A program made the position numbers and the translations under genes. The notes below the pieces were generated by a model, which saw nothing but the letters and a program-made list of their open reading frames with translations, was not told the DNA's origin and ran no database searches. From an archaeon (GTDB taxonomy: Archaea > Iainarchaeota > Iainarchaeia > Iainarchaeales > CSSED10-239), in contig JBBABY010000005.1 of assembly GCA_041657425.1 (NCBI GenBank), positions 60,001 through 92,000 on the forward strand: a stretch of DNA of 32,000 bases. The letters run 5' to 3'. Numbering within the stretch: the first letter of the stretch is position 1; the number at the start of each line of letters is the position of its first letter. Below are positions 17,987 through 25,831 of the stretch, one piece after another.

Positions 17987-18202
17987 ATTAAATTTAGATC
18001 AACAGTTTGCTGTAAGTGAGCTTGTAGACTGGATTAAAGGCAAGAAGCTCGCCCACGACTACGAAACAGGACTAATTTCTAAAATCCCGCTAATCTTCGA
18101 AGATACTCAAAAACATACGTACGTTTCTGAAAAGTGTTCTCAACAAAATCTTTTTAAATACAATATACAATAACTATTTATAGAAATAAAGTGTGATAAA
18201 AA

Positions 18203-18880
18203 ATGGTTGTAAGAAAATTAACAAAAGGCAGTTTCCCAAATGCAAAAAATATTAAGAGCATTAAAATAGGAGGTCGTAAATTCGTTGCAGAAAAGAAACA
18301 GACAGCAGACATAAAACTAGAAATAAATAAAGAAAAAATTAAAATAATCAGTTCTTTAAAAAAACGTCTAGAGAGAGGAGAATTAAAATTAACCAGTGCC
18401 GATTTAATGAAATTAAAGGCACAGGGAATTAGCCTGATTGAATTAAGAAAAGTAATAGCTCCAGAATATTTGTTAAAAACTTTGAGTTTAAAAGCATTTG
18501 TAAAAATATATGGTCAAGAAGATGTAGTTAAGGCTTTTAATGGTATTTCCCGATTAATATTTGATGCTGGTTTGAGGGAGACAGTTTATGCTATTGATCC
18601 AAAATATTTTAAAAATGAATTTTCATTAAAAGAAATTGTGAATAAGCTTTTTAAATACGGCTACAAGGATGTGTCACAGTATAGGGCCCCAGATATGCAA
18701 AGCTATATGTCACAAAATGGACGTTATGAAGTAGCAAAGGCTTGGGGGCTTAAGAATATAATAGAAACATTTGGGATTAAAGAGACTATGGTGGCTATGG
18801 GTAGATCAGAATCTGAACTTAGATCTTTATTAAATGCATCAGATTACGATTTAGGGAAAGCTTTTCCTCGCGAATATTAG
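18203..18880 (+). CDS. Hypothetical protein (225 aa)
   Basis: Long ORF with a lysine-rich N-terminus and no motif I recognise. Its TAG stop is the first three nt of att-like repeat R1. Confidence 0.6.
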   Translation: MVVRKLTKGSFPNAKNIKSIKIGGRKFVAEKKQTADIKLEINKEKIKIISSLKKRLERGELKLTSADLMKLKAQGISLIELRKVIAPEYLLKTLSLKAFVKIYGQEDVVKAFNGISRLIFDAGLRETVYAIDPKYFKNEFSLKEIVNKLFKYGYKDVSQYRAPDMQSYMSQNGRYEVAKAWGLKNIIETFGIKETMVAMGRSESELRSLLNASDYDLGKAFPREY

Positions 18881-18920
18881 AGTCTCACGACTACGCGAGT
18901 TCGAATCTCGTCCTCTGCGA
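18878..18920 (+). repeat. att-like repeat R1: copy of the 3' 43 nt of tRNA-Ser(GGA)
   Basis: tagagtcTCACgactacgcgagttcgaatctcgtcctctgcga is 40/43 identical to 17945-17987. The only differences are in the variable-arm loop (gaaa vs tcac). Confidence 0.9.
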
Positions 18921-18944
18921 TTTTTTATTTTGTGTTTAAATTGC

Positions 18945-20342
18945 TTATTTCAAAAACACACACTCTTCATTTTTTATTCGCGGATATTTTTTGTTTGACC
19001 AAGCAATTGTTCCACCAGAAATGTGAATAGCATTATATCCTTCAATAATTAAATTTTTTGCAGCTTTAAAGGACTTTTCTCCAGTTTCACAAATAAGATA
19101 GATGTTGTTTTCTTTTTTTATTTTTTGTTTATAGTTTTTTATAAAAGCATCCATCGGTATGTTTGTAAATCCAGGAATGTGATAATCCCCAAATTTATTT
19201 TCAATTCTTAGGTCTATAAAAATATTGTTTGGATTTCTTTTAATGTCTGTATTTAATTTTTCAGAATAGGTTTCTTTAAGTATTTTATAAAGTTTAGTTA
19301 CAGTTATAGAATCTACTTTATCTTTTGTATGTTTAGTTGTAATTTCATAAGGAAGTAATTCTTTGTTAATTACTTTTGGAAAATCAGACGTTGGAAGATA
19401 TGAAAAATATTCATCTAGATATGGTAATGGCGTGTCGTAACAAATAAATACGCAAGTTTTATTCTTAAGTTTATTTCTCTTAATATATTCTAATAACCCT
19501 GCAAGAGCAAACCCAGAACTTGGGCCAACTAATAATCCGCTTCTAATTAATTTTAAGCTTTGGGTATAAGATTCAACACTTCCAATCTCGATAATATCAT
19601 CTGCATTATTCTTCCAATCAAAAGCAATCATTTTCAAAAGATTTTTTGTTCTAACGCCTGGTACTAAGTTATTTGGTTTTCTTATTACCCCTATTGCCTT
19701 GAGGTTATCGTTTTTCTTCTTTAAGTAATTACTAGTTCCAAGAAAGGTTCCAGTTGTTCCAAGTCCTGAACAAAAGATATCAATCTTTCCATTTGTTTGA
19801 ATCCAAATTTGTTTTCCTGTTATCAAACTATGCGAATTAGGATTATTTAAATTATCATATTGTCCAAAGTTAATATATTTCTCAGATTTAGCCATTTGTT
19901 TAGCCTTATAGATCCCGCTATTTTCATCATCTGGATCTGGACAAATTGGTTCATTATTAATAATCGGAGTAATCCCAAATAACCTTAGCATATTTAATTT
20001 ATTTTTTGTAACTTCATTTGAAACAAATGCTTTCATTGAATTTAATCCATAATGCCTGCCAATTATTCCTAAAGAATAAGCAGTATTCCCTGAAGAATTT
20101 TCTATGATTGTAGGTTTATTTTGTAATTTCTTTTGAATATGTGCTGAATTAATCATCTCATATGCAGGAATAGATTTAATATTAAGTAAAGGCAAAGTGT
20201 TTTGTAATTTTGCAAATATTCTAATCCCATTTTTTCTAAAAGGATTACATTTATCATCAAGCTCTACAAGAGGAGTCATATGATTATGAGGATTGATATA
20301 ATCCTTTATTGCATTCTTTCCAGAATAAACATTATTTTTCAT
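18945..20342 (-). CDS. PLP-dependent cysteine synthase-family enzyme fused to a C-terminal rhodanese domain
   Basis: The CysK/CysM-like motifs are LNIKSIPAYEM (PLP lysine), SSGNTAYSLG and GLGTTGTFLG. The C-terminal ~100 aa carry the rhodanese loop LICETGEKS and a GGTIAWS tail. Confidence 0.75.
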   Translation of the reverse strand: MKNNVYSGKNAIKDYINPHNHMTPLVELDDKCNPFRKNGIRIFAKLQNTLPLLNIKSIPAYEMINSAHIQKKLQNKPTIIENSSGNTAYSLGIIGRHYGLNSMKAFVSNEVTKNKLNMLRLFGITPIINNEPICPDPDDENSGIYKAKQMAKSEKYINFGQYDNLNNPNSHSLITGKQIWIQTNGKIDIFCSGLGTTGTFLGTSNYLKKKNDNLKAIGVIRKPNNLVPGVRTKNLLKMIAFDWKNNADDIIEIGSVESYTQSLKLIRSGLLVGPSSGFALAGLLEYIKRNKLKNKTCVFICYDTPLPYLDEYFSYLPTSDFPKVINKELLPYEITTKHTKDKVDSITVTKLYKILKETYSEKLNTDIKRNPNNIFIDLRIENKFGDYHIPGFTNIPMDAFIKNYKQKIKKENNIYLICETGEKSFKAAKNLIIEGYNAIHISGGTIAWSNKKYPRIKNEECVFLK

Positions 20343-20348
20343 AATCTT

Positions 20349-21293
20349 TCATTTAAATTTAAAATTAAGATCGATCTGAGAACTTAGATCTCCAAATCTG
20401 TCTTTAATGCTTGGTTGAGAAACATATTTCGTGTGTAATAATTGAAGTCTAGACAATCTTTTGTTTGGGTCAGGAGTAATTTTATTAATCTCTAAATATA
20501 GTTTTTCTAATACTTCTAAATTGTTAGTTTCAAATTTATCTAAAGTAACTGCCCCACCGTACTTATCAAGTAATTGTAGATATTTAGAATCTCTAATAAA
20601 TCCAATTATTTTTTCTGCACCAACATTGTCTATTAAAAATTTTAAATCATCTTCATTTTTTATTTTATTTCCAAGAATAAAGAAATTATCAACATTGTTT
20701 TTGCTTAAGTTTTCAAACATTTTAAACAATTCTACACTTTTTTTTGTAGGCTCTACAATTAGTACAATTGCATCAAACTGCAAATGCATTGAAGATGCAA
20801 ATAAATCTGTTCCTGCAACCATGTCAGAAACTATATATTCATTTTTATCGTATGTGTGACTAAGAATAATTTCTAAAATTTCAAGATTGTTATGATAACA
20901 ACTAGTTCCTACACCGTGGACTTCATAAGTTCCAACAACTGCTAAGTATGCATTATCTGAAATCTCTTTACAGAAATTAGAAATAAAATAATCTTCTTTA
21001 GTAATTGTTATTAATTTAGAATTAACAGAAGGAGGAGTAGTCTTTCTAAATTCGTCATTATTTTTTATAAGATCGTTTGTTCCTTTTAAGTAGTTTTTAA
21101 TTTTTAATTTTAGATTATTATTTGAAATATATTCTTCAGAAGACACTGTACAATTAAATAACTCAGGAAGATGCACATTTATGTCTGCATCAATCACAAG
21201 TACAGGTTTTCCTTTAGAAATAATTAATTTACTAAATAATGCAGAAAGGGTAGTTTTACCAACGCCGCCTTTCCCAACAAATGCTATTCTCAT
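20349..21293 (-). CDS. CooC/MinD/ParA-superfamily P-loop ATPase (deviant Walker A)
   Basis: MRIAFVGKGGVGKTTLSA at the proposed start (ATG at 21293, since the listed upstream extension has no support). A later VIDADIN and a single-Cys GTSCYH motif are present instead of the CooC CxC. Confidence 0.7.
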   Translation of the reverse strand: MRIAFVGKGGVGKTTLSALFSKLIISKGKPVLVIDADINVHLPELFNCTVSSEEYISNNNLKLKIKNYLKGTNDLIKNNDEFRKTTPPSVNSKLITITKEDYFISNFCKEISDNAYLAVVGTYEVHGVGTSCYHNNLEILEIILSHTYDKNEYIVSDMVAGTDLFASSMHLQFDAIVLIVEPTKKSVELFKMFENLSKNNVDNFFILGNKIKNEDDLKFLIDNVGAEKIIGFIRDSKYLQLLDKYGGAVTLDKFETNNLEVLEKLYLEINKITPDPNKRLSRLQLLHTKYVSQPSIKDRFGDLSSQIDLNFKFK

Positions 21294-21356
21294 ACATATA
21301 TATATTTTTCTTCCTTTATATATATTAATGATAACCATTATCAATAAGGATAAAAT

Positions 21357-21716
21357 ATGTCTAAATCAAGAAGAACTATACAAAAAGAACTAATTTTAAA
21401 AGAAATAGAAAACATGAAAGTTTTCTTCTCTGCAGCAGAACTTTATAGTAGAATTAATTCTAAACACAAAATTGGTATTGCAACAATATATAGAATTCTT
21501 AATCAGCTAACTAAAGATTATATTATTTATTCATTTGTTTGCGATAAACGAAACATTTATTCAAAACACGGAAGAAACCACTGCCATTTCGTTTGTGAAG
21601 ATACTGGCGAAATTATTCATTTTAATATAGATTCTTTAGATTTCTTAAAAGATAAACTTCCTGGAAAAATTATTTCTTTTCAAATAGAAATAAAAGGTAT
21701 TAAAAATAAGAAATAA
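21357..21716 (+). CDS. Fur-family metal-responsive transcriptional regulator
   Basis: The N-terminal wHTH is IGIATIYRILNQL. The HCHFVCEDTGEIIHF metal-site motif is typical of Fur/Zur/PerR. It is divergently transcribed from the ATPase gene. Confidence 0.7.
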   Translation: MSKSRRTIQKELILKEIENMKVFFSAAELYSRINSKHKIGIATIYRILNQLTKDYIIYSFVCDKRNIYSKHGRNHCHFVCEDTGEIIHFNIDSLDFLKDKLPGKIISFQIEIKGIKNKK

Positions 21717-21816
21717 TGATATATTTAGTTTTATAAATTAAATATAAATTTTTTTATAGAAAACCACTTTTTATAAATTATTTCTTTCTATTGTTGTTTA
21801 AGGGGGGAGACAAAAT

Positions 21817-22125
21817 ATGACAAATGTATTTAAAGAATTTAAAGAGTTTTTACAAGAGTATAAAGTAATTGGCTTAGCAATTGCTTTTATTATTGGTGCG
21901 GCAATTACAACACTAGTAAAGTCTTTAGTTGATAATATCATCATGCCAATAATCACACCATTCATTCCTGGTGGGCAATGGCAAACTGCAACATTAAAGC
22001 TTGGTCCAATAGTTCTAAACTGGGGCGCATTTGCTGGGGCATTACTTAATTTCATAATTATTGCTTTTGTAGTATTTATGATTGCAAAATATATGTTTAA
22101 AGAAGAAACAGTTACAAAAAAGTAA
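21817..22125 (+). CDS. mscL: Large-conductance mechanosensitive channel
   Basis: FKEFLQEYKVIGLAIAFIIGAAITTLVKSLVDNIIMPII plus a second TM (FLNFIIIAFVVFMIAK) is the classic MscL sequence. A G-rich RBS lies upstream. Confidence 0.9.
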   Translation: MTNVFKEFKEFLQEYKVIGLAIAFIIGAAITTLVKSLVDNIIMPIITPFIPGGQWQTATLKLGPIVLNWGAFAGALLNFIIIAFVVFMIAKYMFKEETVTKK

Positions 22126-22203
22126 GTAACTTTCTTTTTTATTTTTTTAGTAAGCGGCTAGTGAAAGAATGTGACTTGCAAAAAAGTATCGGTACTAGAA
22201 TGC

Positions 22204-22246
22204 GAGAGTCTCACGACTACTCGATTTCGAATCTAGTCTTATGCAA
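22204..22246 (+). repeat. att-like repeat R2: degenerate copy of the tRNA-Ser 3' segment
   Basis: gagagtctcacgactactcgatttcgaatctagtcttatgcaa is about 36/43 identical to R1 and shares the R-specific tctcacgactac signature. Confidence 0.7.
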
Positions 22247-22371
22247 TTCAATTCTAAGTAAGCATTTTGCGGCAAGTTGATTTGTATCGCGTGCATTGAC
22301 TAAATTGTTTTAGATATATTTTTAAATTAGTTCTTATTAGTATATTTAGATTTTTATAAAGGAGGAATAAT

Positions 22372-22836
22372 ATGTTAAAAGAATTATCTATGAGCGAATA
22401 TATTACAAAGTACACATCTATTTTACATTTAGGTGCTGGAATTTTATATATACTATACGGAATTGGATTATTAGTCCTTAAAAATTTCGCATCAAATCTT
22501 ACTTCAATGTCAGGATTATTTGGCAGTGCATTTTTAAAAAATATGACTATTGGTCTTGCAATAATATTATTTATTGCAGGAATTTACACTTTATTAACAG
22601 CATATGGCCTTTGGGGGTATAAAAATTTTGGAAGAATAATGTTGTTAATAGAAATGTATGCTTTGGCTGCATTAATTGCAATAATGTTAATTATTTCAAT
22701 ATTTTCAATAATTACATTTTGGCAAGTTGGATTAATCTATTTCCTTGCAATGATGTATTTGGGATTGATTATCTTTTTAAGCATATATCTATTCCAAGCA
22801 CATCCAGAAATGGTTGCCCTTTTCAATAAAATGTAA
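22372..22836 (+). CDS. Polytopic membrane protein (hypothetical)
   Basis: AGGAGG RBS and four or five hydrophobic helices. No family recognised. Confidence 0.65.
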   Translation: MLKELSMSEYITKYTSILHLGAGILYILYGIGLLVLKNFASNLTSMSGLFGSAFLKNMTIGLAIILFIAGIYTLLTAYGLWGYKNFGRIMLLIEMYALAALIAIMLIISIFSIITFWQVGLIYFLAMMYLGLIIFLSIYLFQAHPEMVALFNKM

Positions 22837-22906
22837 AACACATTTTTGCCCAATTCTTTGGGCACATTTATTTTATTAGATAGTAATAGATAAATTAGGG
22901 AATATC

Positions 22907-23557
22907 ATGAATAATGAGCCAGTAACTAATACAAATAAAGAATATCCTAAAAAAAAAGGGATATCTGTCAAATTTTTAATATCTCTTGGTATAATTTTAA
23001 TAATTATAATTTTGGCAGTTATTTTGGTTTCCAAAGCAATATATAATAGAGATATTAGTACAAATATAAATAATTTTGATGAATGTATTGAGGCAGGAAA
23101 TCCCGTAGTTGCGGGGACTTATCCTATACAATGTAAAACACTAGACGGAAAACTATTTATTTCTACTTCAGATAATATTGAGAATAAACCTAAGCATGTT
23201 GATGATTTAATATTTGTAGAAAGACAAGCAACTAATTTTGAGGAATGTTTAAACTGGGGTTTCGTTTCCCAAGGTTATCCTGAATATTGTACAGATGGGA
23301 ATTCTACATTTATTAATCCTAAACATACAAGTGCTCCAACACTAGCAGAACAACAGATTTGTAATACTGATAGCGAATGTACAGGACTGCCAAATCCTTG
23401 TCATAGAACAAGGGTATGTATTAATAAAAAGTGGGTGTCTTTTTACAAAATTAAGCCAGCAGCGTGTACTTTAGAAATAGATCTTTTAGCAGTGTCTCCT
23501 GGAGATTGTGTTTGTCTAAATACAGTCTGTACAAATAAGAAGTTAATTCAAAGTTAG
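22907..23557 (+). CDS. Cysteine-rich membrane-anchored or secreted protein (hypothetical)
   Basis: It has an N-terminal TM (ISVKFLISLGIILIIIILAVILV) and an ectodomain with about 14 Cys in repeated C-x-x-x-C-like spacing. Its TAG stop is the first three nt of repeat R3. Confidence 0.65.
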   Translation: MNNEPVTNTNKEYPKKKGISVKFLISLGIILIIIILAVILVSKAIYNRDISTNINNFDECIEAGNPVVAGTYPIQCKTLDGKLFISTSDNIENKPKHVDDLIFVERQATNFEECLNWGFVSQGYPEYCTDGNSTFINPKHTSAPTLAEQQICNTDSECTGLPNPCHRTRVCINKKWVSFYKIKPAACTLEIDLLAVSPGDCVCLNTVCTNKKLIQS

Positions 23558-23597
23558 AGTCTCATGACTACGCAAGTTCGAATCTCGCCATCTGCGA
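23555..23597 (+). repeat. att-like repeat R3: copy of the tRNA-Ser 3' segment
   Basis: tagagtctcatgactacgcaagttcgaatctcgccatctgcga is 39/43 identical to R1. Confidence 0.85.
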
Positions 23598-23631
23598 ATT
23601 ATTATTTAATAAACTATTTTGTGAAAAAAAC

Positions 23632-23958
23632 ATGACTAGAAAAAAAGACGCAGGAGAATTGTTACATTATTTTTATAAATCGTCTATAGTTGATCACTCC
23701 ATTTCTGCAGAAGATTTACTAAAAGAAATAAGATGGGGAAGTTGGAGATTAGAAAAAGCAATTAAATATCTAAGAGATGTTGATGCGATTGAAATTACTC
23801 TATTTAAAGAAAAGATTGAAAGATTACAAAAGTTTGTAATAGTGGGCCTAACAAAAACAGGTATCCAAATAATAGAAGATAAATCCAAATTTAAAACCAC
23901 TTTCGGATTTGAAATAAACTTAGAGAGCACAAAGTGGAGTTGGAATACTAAACGATAA
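23632..23958 (+). CDS. Small winged-helix-like DNA-binding protein (hypothetical)
   Basis: 108 aa. LEKAIKYLRDVDAIEI...VIVGLTKTGIQIIED resembles a wHTH recognition helix and wing. Confidence 0.45.
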   Translation: MTRKKDAGELLHYFYKSSIVDHSISAEDLLKEIRWGSWRLEKAIKYLRDVDAIEITLFKEKIERLQKFVIVGLTKTGIQIIEDKSKFKTTFGFEINLESTKWSWNTKR

Positions 23959-23962
23959 ATAT

Positions 23963-23980
23963 TGCGCGCGAGCTGAACGC
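23963..23980 (+). repeat. Left arm of an 18-bp GC-rich inverted repeat (partner at 28851-28868)
   Basis: tgcgcgcgagctgaacgc vs the reverse complement of 28851-28868, tgggcgcgagctgaccgc, gives 16/18 identical. It also shares attgcgcgc with leader copy A. Confidence 0.8.
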
Positions 23981-24072
23981 TGTCGTTTTTGGGATGAAGC
24001 ACTTTTTCTAAAAGGGCTCCACTGGACAGCTACCCCCGAAAACTTTAAACACTATTTCTTTCATAGTTATTT

Positions 24073-24657
24073 ATGAATTACTTATATGTAGATATCGAAA
24101 CTGTTCCTGTGGATAAGGAAAAACATTTATCTCTAGATGAAGAGGAAAGAAAGAAACTCTTAAATCCAATTGATTCAAAAATTATTGCAATCGGTCTAAA
24201 GTCAACTAAAGATAATAAGCTAGTCATTCTTCAATCTGATAATGAAAAGGAAATGTTAACTGAATTTTGGAAGATTTACGACAATTTTAGAGCAAATAGT
24301 TCTTTAACAAACAAGATTGTGGGCTTTAACATTAAGCAGTTTGATATTTCTTTTTTAGTGACTAGAAGCTTTGTTAATGGAGTTACAGTTGTTCCTTTCG
24401 TCTTAAAAGAGATAATCGACATTAGAGACCTATTAACTTGCTTTAAAAGAGGGCCAACAAGAGGCACTTTAAAGGAATTTGGAGAGATTATTGGCGTGGT
24501 CTTAGTAGAAGACATGGACGGCTCAAAAGTGGCTGAAACTTACTGGTCAGGAAATATTGATTTAATCAAGACTTACTTAGCAAAAGACATAGAATTAACT
24601 GAAAAGATTCACAACAAGGTAATGGAACTAGGACTAGACAAAATAAGAGAATGGTGA
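24073..24657 (+). CDS. DEDDy 3'-5' exonuclease related to the PolB exonuclease domain (RNase H-like fold)
   Basis: ExoI is YVDIET (D7, E9). ExoII is GFNIKQFDISFL (D91). ExoIII is YLAKD (Y168, D172). This is the COG3298/DNA_pol_B_exo2-like pattern. Confidence 0.75.
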   Translation: MNYLYVDIETVPVDKEKHLSLDEEERKKLLNPIDSKIIAIGLKSTKDNKLVILQSDNEKEMLTEFWKIYDNFRANSSLTNKIVGFNIKQFDISFLVTRSFVNGVTVVPFVLKEIIDIRDLLTCFKRGPTRGTLKEFGEIIGVVLVEDMDGSKVAETYWSGNIDLIKTYLAKDIELTEKIHNKVMELGLDKIREW

Positions 24658-24728
24658 AATATCTATTTAAATATTTAATGTTCATATATATTACTACAAG
24701 ACTATAATATTTGGAGAAATGATAAAAC

Positions 24729-24959
24729 ATGGAAAGACAACCAGTAGATGACAATAACCATAAAATGATTGGAAATATAGTTTCAATTGGATATGATCCA
24801 GAATTAGAAGTTCTAGAAGTAGAATATCAATTAGGCTATTTATACCAATATCTTAAGGTTCCTAAAGAAACTTACGACAAATTAATGAACGAAAGAAACA
24901 AAATTACATTCGTTCAAGAAAGAATCGCAAAAGTTTATAAAAATCAAAGAATCAAATAA
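24729..24959 (+). CDS. KTSC-domain protein
   Basis: VSIGYDPELEVLEVEYQLGYLYQYLKVPKETYDKLMN fits the KTSC pattern (I..igYd.....L.V.F..g..Y.Y..VP...y..l). Confidence 0.65.
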   Translation: MERQPVDDNNHKMIGNIVSIGYDPELEVLEVEYQLGYLYQYLKVPKETYDKLMNERNKITFVQERIAKVYKNQRIK

Positions 24960-25017
24960 GATTCTTTATTTTTAATTTTTAAATAAGTTTAAATAATCTC
25001 TTTTTCTATAGTTATTT

Positions 25018-25746
25018 ATGATAAGTAAAAATTCTGAACAAAGTTATAGAGAAATTATTTTACTTATACACCCATTATTCAATTTATTTCTAGATAAAAT
25101 TAGTAGAATAAATTTCAATAATAAGGAAGAGCTATTAAAATATTTAGTTGGAAGAGAACCATTATTGATTAATTTAAAAGAAACAGTTAAAGATTATGCA
25201 AAAATTATTCTAAAATATAAAAATAAAAAAGGCGCATTATTTGTTTTAATTAATCCGGCAGCAAATAGTTCTCTTTCTTTTAATGTAGATGGCAAGAAAG
25301 TAAATTGGAAAAATTTGCCAGAATGTCAAGCACTATTTTCTATAGTAAATATCATAAGTGCTTTTGGAAGAAAAGAGTTAGGTGAAAGATTTGTAATAAC
25401 TAATTTTAGTCCGGAAGACGGTTACACAAAATTATTTTCTGAGAAAATCTATAATAAATTAGATAAATATCTAGAAATAAGAGCTTTTGGAGAATACACT
25501 GATGGTTGTGTTTATGATATTTCAAATAGAGTTGTTGAAGAATTACAAAACAGAGAATTTAGAATAATGGACTTAGAGACTTTAAGAGATCATTGTATAT
25601 CACTAAACGAGATAGAAACGAAACTAGATAAGCTATTAGAAGAAAAAAGGAAAGTATCAAAAATTAAAGAAAATCAACAAAAGAAAGAACAAATTCAAAA
25701 AGTAGTTTCTATGTTAAATAATTATAAGAAATCCAAAGCAAAATAA
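25018..25746 (+). CDS. Hypothetical protein (242 aa) immediately upstream of the HerA-like ATPase
   Basis: Long ORF with a K/E-rich coiled-coil tail. There is only a faint Rossmann/isochorismatase-like resemblance (LEIRAFGEYTDGCVYDIS), too weak for a call. Confidence 0.55.
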   Translation: MISKNSEQSYREIILLIHPLFNLFLDKISRINFNNKEELLKYLVGREPLLINLKETVKDYAKIILKYKNKKGALFVLINPAANSSLSFNVDGKKVNWKNLPECQALFSIVNIISAFGRKELGERFVITNFSPEDGYTKLFSEKIYNKLDKYLEIRAFGEYTDGCVYDISNRVVEELQNREFRIMDLETLRDHCISLNEIETKLDKLLEEKRKVSKIKENQQKKEQIQKVVSMLNNYKKSKAK

Positions 25747-25831
25747 ATTATAGTTTTTAGCATACAAATCTTTAAAAACCCTAAGATATTATATTAATTT
25801 AGATATACTTAAATTATTACATTGAATATTT

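Noticed and set aside
18054-18063. 10-mer cacgactacg shared with repeats R1-R3, possibly a fourth and very degenerate att copy just downstream of tRNA-Ser(GGA)
   Set aside because: Only 10 nt match convincingly and the flanks align poorly. It is noted as a possible relic but is too weak to annotate.
17775-18173. Listed 132-aa ORF spanning the GC-rich leader, tRNA-Ser(GGA) and downstream spacer
   Set aside because: It reads straight through a well-folding tRNA gene and a non-coding repeat family. It stays open only because the region is GC-rich, and it has no RBS.
21294-21344. 17-codon N-terminal extension of the CooC-like ATPase ORF
   Set aside because: P-loop ATPases of this family begin a few residues before GKGGVGKT. 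The internal ATG at 21293 gives MRIAFVGKGG.
22266-22290. tttgcggcaagttgatttgta, which resembles tttgcggccaatttgta at the 5' end of leader copy A (16866-16882)
   Set aside because: The similarity is short and gapped. It is suggestive of another leader fragment next to R2, but I cannot separate it from chance without a statistical search.
17945-23597. Possibility that the repeated 43-nt units are a CRISPR array or split-tRNA 3' halves
   Set aside because: The spacing is irregular (0.9-3.3 kb) and the intervals are protein-coding, so this is not a CRISPR array. The copies begin inside the anticodon-stem 3' strand with no GC-rich leader and lack a matching 5' half, so a split-tRNA gene is unlikely.
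25018-25746. Isochorismatase/Rossmann-like (NAD-utilising effector) assignment for the 242-aa protein upstream of the HerA-like ATPase
   Set aside because: It rests only on a G..TD.CV-like segment and an LLIHP..F N-terminal strand pattern. The catalytic Asp and Lys are not evident, so I kept it as hypothetical pending a profile or structure search.
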